A stretch of DNA of 64,000 nt, from positions 215 to 64,214 of the forward strand of contig JBGQLV010000003.1 in the NCBI GenBank assembly GCA_041500225.1, written 5' to 3'. This document shows, piece after piece, positions 40,238-49,099 of the stretch (its first letter is position 1; the number at the start of each line of letters is the position of its first letter). Below the pieces are notes generated by a model. It was not told the DNA's origin and made no database searches. It saw only the letters and a list, made by a program, of their open reading frames with translations. The stretch comes from Thermodesulfovibrionia bacterium. Lineage in GTDB: Bacteria; Nitrospirota; Thermodesulfovibrionia; Thermodesulfovibrionales; SM23-35. The position numbers and the translations under genes were made by a program.

Positions 40238-41277
40238 AAGGATCGCTAAGGGATTTTGGCCTTGCTGATATACTTCAGCTGATTTATTTCCAGCGGAAGA
40301 CCGGGGTGCTTACACTTGAAGGGAGGATGGACAGGGTAAGGCTGCTGTTCATCGAAGGGAATATTACCGGTGCAGAATCAAGGAGAAGGATAGAAGCAAA
40401 TAGGCTTGGTAAGGTGCTTGTAAAAAAAGGTCTTATGGAAGAAAAAGACCTGCAGTCTGTGCTTGATGAACAGCGAAGTTCGAATATGAAACTTGGGAAT
40501 ATCCTCGTGAAAAGAGGGATTATTGAGAAAGATCAGATACAGGAAATCCTGACAGGACAGATTAAAGAGACAGTGGTTCAGATATTTGGCTGGAAACAGG
40601 GGACCTATGAATTTACACCTCAGGCTATCCCTGTTGATAAAGACCTTCCAATATCCCTTGATACACAACATCTGCTTATGGAAGGGTTAAGGATAGTTGA
40701 TGAGTGGTCTCTCATCGAGGGCAAATTAACACTCGATACGGTATTCGCAAAAAAGGCTGAAGATATAACAGGACTTAATGAAGAGGAGGAAGATATACTC
40801 TCGCTGGTTGATGGGGAAAATGATGTGAGTACCATAATCGATATCACTGCAAAGGATGATTATTCTGTATCAAAGGCCCTTGTTTCGCTTATGGAAAAAG
40901 GCGTTATAGAGAAAAAGGAGGTTGTCTCTGTTGTTACTGAGATGCCTCCGATAGAAATAAAAAAACCAGTGTTATCTTATCGGTATCTCCCTATAATAGC
41001 TATTGCGGTTTCGTTACTGCTTTCCCTATTTCCTGTCTTTTTGAGCGCTAATGATTTATTCAAGAGATACAACACATCAGAGACCATTGCTGACCTCAGG
41101 TTTAAAATAGAGGCTTACAAGTTTGAATACGACTCATATCCTGAGACACTTGATGTGATCTCAAAGAGGTCAGATCCCTGGGGGAGACCATATATTTATA
41201 ATCAAAACGGCTATACGTTCATCGTCCTGAGTGCAGGGGCAGATGGTAAAGAGGGGACGACGGACGATATTTACTAA
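40228..41277 (+). CDS. DUF4388 (PATAN-like) domain protein with a TM helix and a GspG-like C-terminal domain
   Basis: The ORF has a GTG start. The N-terminus (LEGSLRDFGLADILQLIYFQRKTGVLTLEG) is the DUF4388 signature. The C-terminus (YPETLD...DPWGRPYIYNQNGYTFIVLSAGADGKEGTTDDI) resembles the globular part of GspG. Confidence 0.6.
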   Translation: MALEGSLRDFGLADILQLIYFQRKTGVLTLEGRMDRVRLLFIEGNITGAESRRRIEANRLGKVLVKKGLMEEKDLQSVLDEQRSSNMKLGNILVKRGIIEKDQIQEILTGQIKETVVQIFGWKQGTYEFTPQAIPVDKDLPISLDTQHLLMEGLRIVDEWSLIEGKLTLDTVFAKKAEDITGLNEEEEDILSLVDGENDVSTIIDITAKDDYSVSKALVSLMEKGVIEKKEVVSVVTEMPPIEIKKPVLSYRYLPIIAIAVSLLLSLFPVFLSANDLFKRYNTSETIADLRFKIEAYKFEYDSYPETLDVISKRSDPWGRPYIYNQNGYTFIVLSAGADGKEGTTDDIY

Positions 41278-41417
41278 AAAGTAAGCTAATGTCAAAATTC
41301 AAAGCTCAAGGTTCAAATTGATTTTACATTTGGATTTTGGGCATTTGAACTTTATTTGACATTTAGATTTTAGGATTTGGATTTTGTTTAATCTGTATCA
41401 GGTATCATTAAGCATTT

Positions 41418-42269
41418 ATGAGACAGGAAAATAACAGTAAGGCTGTTGTTCTCCTCAGCGGTGGAATTGATTCTTCAACCGCCCTTGCAGTTGCAAAATC
41501 TGAAGGGTATGAATTATATGCCCTGACTTTTGACTATAACCAGCGACATAAAAGAGAGCTTGAATCTGCAGGATTAGTTGCATCAACCCTTGGAGCCCAA
41601 AAACATCTCATTATAAGATTCGACTTAAGAGAAATTGGAGGCTCTGCCCTTACATCTGAGATTGAAGTACCTAAAGTCAGGATTCAGGATACAGGATTCA
41701 AGATTCAGGATAAAAAAAATCATGCATCATGCATCGTGCATCATGAATCTTTTCCAATTGATGATACAAAGATTCCAGTTACCTATGTCCCTGCGCGCAA
41801 CACTATATTTTTATCCTTTGCTATTGCATGGGCAGAGGTTCTCGGGGCAGAGAATATTTTTATAGGGGCAAATGCCATAGATTATAGTGGTTATCCTGAC
41901 TGCAGGCCGGAGTATCTCAGGGCATTTGAAGCCATGGCAAACCTTGCTACTAAGGCAAGTGTTGAGGACGGATTAAGGTTTATGATAAGGGCACCATTGA
42001 TCTTAATGAAAAAATCAGAAATAATTAGAAAAGGGGTTGAACTGGGACTTGATTATTCATTGACATGGAGTTGTTATGACCCGCAGCCTGCTACCGCAGA
42101 AGTTCAAAGTTCATCCGCCACAGCGGACAAAGTTAAAAGTTTTAAGGGGAAAAAATCCCCACTTCAAACTCAGGCGAACGAACTAATCCCATGCGGTTTA
42201 TGTGATAGCTGTATCTTCAGGGCAAAGGGATTTAAAGAGGCAGGGATAAAAGATCCTTTAATTAAGTGA
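41418..42269 (+). CDS. queC: 7-cyano-7-deazaguanine synthase with two in-frame insertions
   Basis: [40 protein letters not shown] and CGLCDSC are present. At 283 aa it is longer than typical QueC (about 220-230 aa). Confidence 0.85.
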   Translation: MRQENNSKAVVLLSGGIDSSTALAVAKSEGYELYALTFDYNQRHKRELESAGLVASTLGAQKHLIIRFDLREIGGSALTSEIEVPKVRIQDTGFKIQDKKNHASCIVHHESFPIDDTKIPVTYVPARNTIFLSFAIAWAEVLGAENIFIGANAIDYSGYPDCRPEYLRAFEAMANLATKASVEDGLRFMIRAPLILMKKSEIIRKGVELGLDYSLTWSCYDPQPATAEVQSSSATADKVKSFKGKKSPLQTQANELIPCGLCDSCIFRAKGFKEAGIKDPLIK

Positions 42270-42691
42270 GCCTGCAAAAGCCAGCCATAAAACTTAGAGG
42301 CCACCACCTCATATGCCTTCATTTTTTTAGGGGGGAGGGCTACAATCCTGAATTTATAGCAAACCTCAATGGAATATTAAATAGAGCGGAGGCTGGAGAA
42401 GAGATAGAGGTTTATTCAGGGGCTGATGACGTATGCAAGATGTGTCCTTATCTTAAAGAAGGAATATGTTTTTATGACAAGGATACTGAGGCTGAGATAA
42501 GAGAAATGGACAAAGTGGCACTAAGATTACTAAGGCTAAAGACCCACAGAAGAGTTAAGTGGCTGGATATCAGGGAGAAGATTCCACAGATTTTCCGTGA
42601 ATGGGCAAGAGAATATTGCAAAAACTGCAACTGGAGAAAGGTATGTGAGAAGATAACAAGCACCTTATTCATAAATGACATCAGTATGTAA
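42266..42691 (+). CDS. DUF1284 family Cys-rich protein
   Basis: [17 protein letters not shown] and CKMCPY...GIC are present. The GTG start overlaps the queC stop. Confidence 0.65.
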   Translation: MSLQKPAIKLRGHHLICLHFFRGEGYNPEFIANLNGILNRAEAGEEIEVYSGADDVCKMCPYLKEGICFYDKDTEAEIREMDKVALRLLRLKTHRRVKWLDIREKIPQIFREWAREYCKNCNWRKVCEKITSTLFINDISM

Positions 42692-42790
42692 CAGGGAACA
42701 ATCTTTTTACTCATTCTCGGTCGTACGACCTCCGAGGTGAATTCTGTCTAAGACAGAATTCAAAGCCGTTCAAAGACTATCCCCTGTTAC
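42688..42790 (+). repeat. Structured ~105-nt repeat, copy 1 (terminal inverted repeats plus two internal hairpins)
   Basis: GTAACAGGGAAC...TCCCCTGTTAC forms the ends. The internal hairpins are CTCGGTCGtaCGACCtCCGAG and GAATTCTGTC-taa-GACAGAATTC (42739-42761). The element begins at the stop codon of the DUF1284 gene and is homologous to 54372-54479 on the opposite strand. Confidence 0.75.
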
Positions 42791-42861
42791 ATTTATAATT
42801 GGTAACAAAAATTTGTGAATTAGGCATGTTAAGTATCATAGAGAGGTAAAAGGATTTTCAG

Positions 42862-43395
42862 GTGAAAAAACAGAAAGTAAATTTTGACGAGGTACAGAAG
42901 GCAATGGAAGATGTCTCAAGGGATACATTCGATTACTTCCTTGACATGGTAACAGGCGAGGTCATCGCCTTTTCAGAGGAAATTTTAAGCGATGTTAAAT
43001 CAAGATTATATGATAGTGATTCTGATGAGATAGGAGATGAAATAGAGTATATAGAATTTGACGAAGAACCGGACCTGCCTGTCTGGATGGAAGACGAGGT
43101 TGAACTGGCATTGGAAATCCTCCTTGATGAAGGAGGCCGGTATGTGCGCATCCCGGGAAGAGAACCTGCTGCTGCATATAAATCCATGTCCGAATTTATA
43201 GATACCGTTGAGGATAAAGTACTCGGAGAAGAACTTTCAAATGCGCTTAATGGAAAAGGAGCATTCAGAAGATTCAAGGATGTCCTGATTGATTTTCCAA
43301 AGGAAAGGAAAAGATGGCATGGTTATAATGCGAAGGCAATGAAAAAGGAAATCATCGGATGGTTAAGCTCTATAGGGGCAGAGCCTGTCTCATAG
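42862..43395 (+). CDS. UPF0158-like acidic protein
   Basis: The C-terminal GKGAFRRFKDVLIDFPKERKRWHGY motif matches the family as I recall it. The start is GTG. Confidence 0.55.
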   Translation: MKKQKVNFDEVQKAMEDVSRDTFDYFLDMVTGEVIAFSEEILSDVKSRLYDSDSDEIGDEIEYIEFDEEPDLPVWMEDEVELALEILLDEGGRYVRIPGREPAAAYKSMSEFIDTVEDKVLGEELSNALNGKGAFRRFKDVLIDFPKERKRWHGYNAKAMKKEIIGWLSSIGAEPVS

Positions 43396-43403
43396 CCTCT
43401 TTC

Positions 43404-44372
43404 TTATTTAACTATATAATAATATCCGATTATTATTACATTATCATCAATAAACCTTTCGTCAATATTTTTTAATCCCGCTTTTAGAAACCAAGTTTTT
43501 ATCTCGTCAGGTGAATAGCATCTCCCGCCTATTGTATTAACAAGCATATTCACTGAAAAGAGGACATTTTGTGCGGGTTGCGTCCTATCCTTCGAAATGT
43601 AAAATTCCTGAATAATTATTCTTCCTCCTTCATTGAGTGCCCTTCTACATTTTCGAATTAGCTGAAGGTTATCCGTCGCTGAATAGGCATGCAGGATCTG
43701 ACTGATAAAGATAAGGTCATAACTTTGTCCAATATCATCATTCATAAAATCACCGCTGATGAAGTTGATGCCGTTTAACCTTTCTTTTTCGATGACCTTT
43801 TTTGCAATCACTATAGTCTCAGGGAAATCAAAGAGTGCTACATTCACACCTTTCTTTGCCATTTCGATTGAATATGTCCCGGGTCCTCCTCCAAGATCAA
43901 GGGCTGTCTTAACCCCTTTTAATCCAATCAACTTGATAATATCTTTTGCCTTTAATAATGCAAGGTTGTGCATCCCGAGGATAAACGCCTCCTGGTTATG
44001 CGCCTTATGATAAGGCTTTCCTGTCTTTACAACCTTATCAAGTCCTGACCAGTTCTTCCACAAGGTATCCGCATGTCTTATAATGTCACCCTGGTAGTAA
44101 GGGCTTCCATATACAAGAAATTGGGAAGCTATACGTGCATTTATGTATCTGCTTCTATGTTTCCTCAAAAGGCCAAGGCCTGTAAGGGCATCAAGCAAAA
44201 TCTCTGCTGCCCTTAAATCTATATTAAGTTTTTTCGAGATTGTCATGGCTGATTGAGGTTTTATTAAGTGATCAAATACCCTGTAGTTATTCGCAGTAAT
44301 AAGCACCCTCGCCGGCCTGAAACCGCTCCAGATTTTTCTTAGCTCTTTTGCCTCCTCAAGAATCCCCGGCAC
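43404..44372 (-). CDS. O-methyltransferase family protein (class I SAM-dependent, with N-terminal wHTH dimerisation domain)
   Basis: Motif I (ALDLGGGPGTYS) is present, along with an N-terminal region typical of the Methyltransf_2 family. Confidence 0.7.
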   Translation of the reverse strand: MPGILEEAKELRKIWSGFRPARVLITANNYRVFDHLIKPQSAMTISKKLNIDLRAAEILLDALTGLGLLRKHRSRYINARIASQFLVYGSPYYQGDIIRHADTLWKNWSGLDKVVKTGKPYHKAHNQEAFILGMHNLALLKAKDIIKLIGLKGVKTALDLGGGPGTYSIEMAKKGVNVALFDFPETIVIAKKVIEKERLNGINFISGDFMNDDIGQSYDLIFISQILHAYSATDNLQLIRKCRRALNEGGRIIIQEFYISKDRTQPAQNVLFSVNMLVNTIGGRCYSPDEIKTWFLKAGLKNIDERFIDDNVIIIGYYYIVK

Positions 44373-44374
44373 AG

Positions 44375-44653
44375 TTAAAGTCCCATCTTCCTTAATGCAT
44401 CATCACCCAAACTTTGGGACGCAGGTGCCTCTTCCGGCAGATACAGCATCACCCCACCCTTTACAGGTCTTATTATTACCTTCCCTTCATGGGCTAATTT
44501 GTTTGTTGCCTCCACAGGGTTTTCGCCTTCAAAATATTTCTTGAAGGCATTATTAAATCCGGAGTATACAGTATGGATCCCCTTATAACCCTCTTTCCTC
44601 AAACTGACAATTGCCTTTCTCACAAACTCCTCATGACTTAACTTTTCTGACAT
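44375..44653 (-). CDS. Hypothetical protein
   Basis: A 92-aa ORF with a GGAGGAG SD, tightly spaced between rmuC and the methyltransferase gene. Confidence 0.45.
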   Translation of the reverse strand: MSEKLSHEEFVRKAIVSLRKEGYKGIHTVYSGFNNAFKKYFEGENPVEATNKLAHEGKVIIRPVKGGVMLYLPEEAPASQSLGDDALRKMGL

Positions 44654-44679
44654 GGTCTCCTCCTTTTAGGATTTAAAAG

Positions 44680-46065
44680 CTATTTATTATCTCGATCAGA
44701 GTCTAATTCAAGTATACTCAAGTTCCTCGGTGTCTGGTCTATCTGCTCGATAACAGGTATCTCGTCAGCACCTGTAACGCCGAGTTCTTTAAATCTCCTT
44801 ACAGAAGGCAATATCCTCGATTCCATAGAACCAACTGCCTTATTATACGCACTTATAGCCTTTTCAAGATTAGAGCCGATACTATCAAAATGCTGAACAA
44901 GTATATTCATCCTTTCATACAATTGACGGCCCAATTCGCTAATCTCCTGTGCATTCTTTGTAAGCTGTTCCTGCCTCCACCCGTAGGCTATAGCCCTGAG
45001 TAAAGCGATGAAGGTGGTTGGCGTCGCAACAATAACCCGCTTTTCAATACCATCCTCTATAATAGTATTGTCCATATCAAGGGCTGAACTCAAAAAGGAT
45101 TCGCCGGGGATAAAGAGTACAACAAATTCAGGGGATTGCTTGAACTGGCTCCAATATTCCTTAGATGCGAGCTTATTCATGTGCGACCTTACCTGCTGAG
45201 CATGCTTCTCCATCTTTGCTTTTCTTTCATCCTCTGTTGTAGCTGCGATGGCATCAAGGTATGCTTCCAGTGACACCTTTGAATCAACAACAATCTCCCT
45301 CTCCATGGGTAGATGCACAATCATATCTGGTCTTATCCTGCCTTTTTCCGTATCCATAGATTGCTGTTCAGTAAAATCGCAGTGCATGGACATCCCTGAA
45401 AGTTCTGCAACCCTTCTTAACTGCATCTCACCCCATCTGCCACGAACCTGGGGTTTTCTTAAGGCTGAAACAAGATTGCTCGTTTCCCTCTGGAGGTTTT
45501 CATGGGTTAATGCCAGTGCCCTTAATTGTTCCTCAAGGCTTCCATATGCCTTATGTCTGCTTTCTTCGATTGACCTGATCTGCTCTTCATATCTTTTCAA
45601 TGTTTCATACAGTGGTTTTATCATGCCGTCCATTGCTGCCTGATGCTCACCGAGTTTCCCTTTGGTATCAGCAACCACCTTGCCGAGATGTTCTGAGGCA
45701 AGCCTGAGAAAGTCCTCGCTGCTGCTTTTGAGGGCTGCTGATGAAAGGGCATTGAATGTGTCGGTCATCTCCGTCTTCATCGTCTCGATGAGTGCCTTCT
45801 GTTCCTCGAAGCTCTTTTGAGAGGCATCCAGTTTTGTAAGAGCTTCAACCTTCGATTGTCTCTCAACATCAAGCTCATTTCTAATCTGATTTATGTCAGA
45901 GTCCTTCTGCTGAACCTGCTGCCTTAGTTCAATGACAATTGCCTCAGCACCACTCGCCCTTTTCTCGATTTTGGTAATCTGATTAGAATGGCGATAAGAT
46001 GCAATAAGCCATGCACTAATTCCTCCAATTATTATGCCAATGGTTATGTATGCTATTAATTCCAT
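44680..46065 (-). CDS. rmuC: DNA recombination protein RmuC
   Basis: An N-terminal TM helix and a long coiled-coil are followed by the C-terminal RmuC nuclease-like region (RGRWGEMQLRRVAELSGM, DSKVSLEAY, VVLFIPGESF). Confidence 0.9.
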   Translation of the reverse strand: MELIAYITIGIIIGGISAWLIASYRHSNQITKIEKRASGAEAIVIELRQQVQQKDSDINQIRNELDVERQSKVEALTKLDASQKSFEEQKALIETMKTEMTDTFNALSSAALKSSSEDFLRLASEHLGKVVADTKGKLGEHQAAMDGMIKPLYETLKRYEEQIRSIEESRHKAYGSLEEQLRALALTHENLQRETSNLVSALRKPQVRGRWGEMQLRRVAELSGMSMHCDFTEQQSMDTEKGRIRPDMIVHLPMEREIVVDSKVSLEAYLDAIAATTEDERKAKMEKHAQQVRSHMNKLASKEYWSQFKQSPEFVVLFIPGESFLSSALDMDNTIIEDGIEKRVIVATPTTFIALLRAIAYGWRQEQLTKNAQEISELGRQLYERMNILVQHFDSIGSNLEKAISAYNKAVGSMESRILPSVRRFKELGVTGADEIPVIEQIDQTPRNLSILELDSDRDNK

Positions 46066-46083
46066 AATGATTGCCTTTCAAGA

Positions 46084-46647
46084 TTAAATCTTCTCATAAA
46101 TCCACACCCTTCCGCCATTTCTTATCTCATCTATTCTCTTCACAAGCCTTTTCTTATGAAGATTTAATAACCGTGTCCCGCTTGTATTAGCCTCAAGCTT
46201 CATAGTCTTTGAAAGCTCACTGGCTGTAATTTTGCTCTTTTTTACAATAAGATTCAAGGTCTCTTTGAGATAGTTATTAAGGCTTCCGAGAAGGACCTGT
46301 TTACCATCCCTCATATTGGCAATAACTGCGAGTTCTTTTCTCTCGAGTGCAACCTCAATGTTTTCCTTCTGGTTTTCATTTAAACCTTTGAGAATAATAT
46401 ATTTATCCCCATATTCTCCGCTCAAAAGCCTTGAAACAAGTTTCGCCACAATCTCATCAGCGCATGAATAATCAATTATCCCGACCTTGGAGAAATCAAG
46501 GGCAATGACCTCTCCATCTTTCTCCTTTACAATATCACGCTCAATCCTCTCTCGTACCACCTGCCCCGATGGACGAGTAACGAGATCACTCGAACCGTTC
46601 TTGAGTTCTTCTTTTAGGAGTTTATAAAGGTCATAAATTTGCATCAT
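46084..46647 (-). CDS. STAS-like (DUF4325-type) domain protein with C-terminal winged-helix
   Basis: LVTRPSGQVVRERIE...VIALDFSKVGIIDYSCADEIVAKL resembles DUF4325. The C-terminal ITASELSKTMKLEANTSGTRLLNLHKKRLVKR looks like a wHTH. Confidence 0.55.
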   Translation of the reverse strand: MMQIYDLYKLLKEELKNGSSDLVTRPSGQVVRERIERDIVKEKDGEVIALDFSKVGIIDYSCADEIVAKLVSRLLSGEYGDKYIILKGLNENQKENIEVALERKELAVIANMRDGKQVLLGSLNNYLKETLNLIVKKSKITASELSKTMKLEANTSGTRLLNLHKKRLVKRIDEIRNGGRVWIYEKI

Positions 46648-46665
46648 GTTCCTTTGATATAAGCA

Positions 46666-47043
46666 TTAATCTGATTCATTATCACCCTCAATGTTTAGAT
46701 GCAATCTGTGTAAAAACCGGTGATATATCGGGGCAAAAAGTACTGCAACAAATGTAAGGAATGATATGCCGCTGAACAATGCATAAAAGGCGGCAAATAA
46801 TTTCCCTGCATATGTATTCAAATGATCAACCGGCCCCATTCCAGTCAAAATCATCGAGGCATTTAGAAAAGCATCGATCCATGAAAGTTCTCCCCAAAAA
46901 TGATAACCCGCTGTTCCGATTCCAATTGAGAAGATTAAGACTATCAAAGAAAAACCGGCATATTTTATTTGTCTATGAATGAATTCCTTACGGTTTAATA
47001 ATGGTTTCTTATGATGTTCAAACATAAATAATCGCTTTCGCAC
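46666..47043 (-). CDS. Small two-TM membrane protein resembling an ion-channel pore module
   Basis: The layout is TM1, then a pore-helix-like WIDAFLNASMILTGMGPVD, then TM2. TGMGP stands where K+ channels carry TxGYGD, so the filter is not canonical. Confidence 0.45.
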   Translation of the reverse strand: MRKRLFMFEHHKKPLLNRKEFIHRQIKYAGFSLIVLIFSIGIGTAGYHFWGELSWIDAFLNASMILTGMGPVDHLNTYAGKLFAAFYALFSGISFLTFVAVLFAPIYHRFLHRLHLNIEGDNESD

Positions 47044-47054
47044 TTTCGACTTTT

Positions 47055-47642
47055 TTATATAAAGACATCACTATAATCAACCTCAATCCCATTTTTGACC
47101 TTTTTGTAATAAATAATCTTTGCAGGCAGTTCTTCACTTAAAGATTTCTTGCTCTTATACGTCTCCGGTTTTATTGATATAGGAATGTCTCCAATATAAC
47201 CATCGATACCTTGAGATTCTTCCGTTTTTTCAGACAGTCTGTATCCAACTCCTTTAATGTCGGCACCCTTCTTCAAAATTGCTTCTTGGAATTGAAGACC
47301 AATAAATGTTTGAACAATGACAAGGTCTCTTACCCATTCTTTAACGATATTTTCATCAATTTTATCCATTGCATCTTTAAGATTTTTAAGCATAGCCAAT
47401 ATTTTTTCTTTTGCAGCTTTGATGGCATCAGGATATCTTTCAAGATACCACTGTTCCCATTCATCTAGGGTTCTTCCTGCAAATTCCTGTATCAAATCAG
47501 TGAGTTGACCGACAACTTTTGGTCTTGTACCCTGAGCATTCTGATTGGCAAGATTTATTATCTGACTAACATATTTAGGGAATTCCGGCTTTAGTATTTC
47601 AAGAGATTCTCTGATCGCTTCATTCGTTAGCTTTATTTTCAT
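47055..47642 (-). CDS. Type II restriction endonuclease, MjaI-family-like
   Basis: Its start overlaps the stop of the methyltransferase gene. GRTLDEWEQWY...GIDGYIGDIPISIKPETY matches my recollection of MjaI-family enzymes and a D...(S/E)xK nuclease motif. The family assignment needs an HMM check. Confidence 0.5.
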   Translation of the reverse strand: MKIKLTNEAIRESLEILKPEFPKYVSQIINLANQNAQGTRPKVVGQLTDLIQEFAGRTLDEWEQWYLERYPDAIKAAKEKILAMLKNLKDAMDKIDENIVKEWVRDLVIVQTFIGLQFQEAILKKGADIKGVGYRLSEKTEESQGIDGYIGDIPISIKPETYKSKKSLSEELPAKIIYYKKVKNGIEVDYSDVFI

Positions 47643-48940
47643 TTTGGATATCTATTCCCTTCCTTTTTCATTTGAAGAAATTTATCTTTGTATTTGAAGG
47701 TTATAGAAGAATCAACATCAGCAAGGTTGTTTTTAATCAGATGGGCATTTATAAAAGTTTTATTCTTAAGATAGAGATAACACAATAAATTTTCTTCGCT
47801 GTCATATTTTGTATTATCAAATTTTAGGAATACCTTTTGCCCTTTTAATTGCTTCTGCAAAAATTGCAGTGCTTGTCCGTTCATTCCCTTTTTCTCTTTA
47901 ATCCCAATCAATCTGACTTTTAAATCATTATCCAGAACAACAAGCGCAGGGCTTATAATTTCCTTTACTGCATAATAGGTCTCTCTCTGATGATCTGAAT
48001 TGTCTATCTTTGAACCAAATTTCAATTTCTTCGGATCAATTTTTTTATCGAATTTAACAGGGTCTTTAAAGATATAAGGAAGTTTGAGGATTTCTTTTTT
48101 AAAATCTATGACCTTCTTTTTCTGCATTATTATTTCAAAATCCTCCGGCTTCCTATTTATGTTAAGTTTCTCTTTAATTATGGGCAGAAAATCTTCATTG
48201 ATTTCATATCCAATAGAATTCCTGTTTAAATTTTTTGCTGCCAAGCAGGTTGTCCCACTTCCTAAAAACGGGTCAAGGACAGTATCTCCAATAAAACTGA
48301 ACATTTTTATCAATCTTTTTGGCAATTCCTCCGGGAACATTGCGAGGTGGTTGGTCTGCCTTTCACCGGAGAAATTCCAGTGACCGTAGAAATATTCATT
48401 CCATTCTTCGAGGGTCAACTTGGATTTTTCTTTTATTTCTCTGCTCACTTTTGGCGGCTCACCCAATTTCTTAAAAATTAAAATAAACTCATAATCGAGC
48501 TTAATGATTCCATTTCGAGGATAAGGAAATGACCCCATGATCGTGGCGCCACCTGTTGTATTGCAAGTCGTGACCTTCTGCCAAATAATGGCTCCCATGT
48601 AATCGAATCCAATTATCTCACAGAACTTGATTATTTCTTCTCTTATAGGAATGACTTTATATCTGCCGTAATAGACTGAACGTGCAAATTGATCTCCAAT
48701 GTTCACGCACAAACGACAGCCTTGATGTAAAACACGATAGCATTCTTTCCAGACAAGATTTAGGTTATTGATATAGTCCTCATAGCTGTCATTGAAGCCA
48801 ATCTGAGAGCCATTGCCATAGTCTTTCAATTGCCAATAAGGCGGGGATGTTATGACGAGATGAACGCTTTCATCCTTGAGTTCGTCCATCCCTCGGCTAT
48901 CGCCGATGATTATGGTGGTTTTAGGTTTTACAATATCCAA
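47639..48940 (-). CDS. Beta-class N4/N6 DNA methyltransferase fused to a C-terminal SNase-like (OB-fold) domain
   Basis: Motif IV (SPPY, in VITSPPYWQL) lies N-terminal to motif I (DPFLGSGTT). The C-terminal ~120 aa resemble thermonuclease (VRLIGI..., LLCYLYL...INAHLIKNNLA), but the RLxGIDxPE metal and catalytic residues read RLIGIKEKK. Confidence 0.85.
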   Translation of the reverse strand: MDIVKPKTTIIIGDSRGMDELKDESVHLVITSPPYWQLKDYGNGSQIGFNDSYEDYINNLNLVWKECYRVLHQGCRLCVNIGDQFARSVYYGRYKVIPIREEIIKFCEIIGFDYMGAIIWQKVTTCNTTGGATIMGSFPYPRNGIIKLDYEFILIFKKLGEPPKVSREIKEKSKLTLEEWNEYFYGHWNFSGERQTNHLAMFPEELPKRLIKMFSFIGDTVLDPFLGSGTTCLAAKNLNRNSIGYEINEDFLPIIKEKLNINRKPEDFEIIMQKKKVIDFKKEILKLPYIFKDPVKFDKKIDPKKLKFGSKIDNSDHQRETYYAVKEIISPALVVLDNDLKVRLIGIKEKKGMNGQALQFLQKQLKGQKVFLKFDNTKYDSEENLLCYLYLKNKTFINAHLIKNNLADVDSSITFKYKDKFLQMKKEGNRYPK

Positions 48941-49099
48941 TTATTAGAACCATCCCCTTTTCTTCTATTTTGCTAATTCTTTCAGATAAGGGATTGAATC
49001 AACATCACACGAGCCGCCAAATTTTGGAGAAGTAAGGACGTTCTTTCTTCTGATGTCAGTTATGTTGTCTATATCAGGTATTTTTAATTGCATAACAAG

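Noticed and set aside
41278-41417. Possible preQ1 riboswitch upstream of queC
   Set aside because: I could not find the conserved preQ1-I/II core. The region is made of 'ggattttgg / tttgaac' simple repeats instead.
48965-49093. A 42-aa minus-strand ORF (MQLKIPDIDNITDIRRKNVLTSPKFGGSCDVDSIPYLKELAK) between the 336-aa gene and the methyltransferase gene, considered as a possible controller protein
   Set aside because: It has no SD, no HTH pattern typical of C-proteins, and is very short. It cannot be supported from sequence alone.
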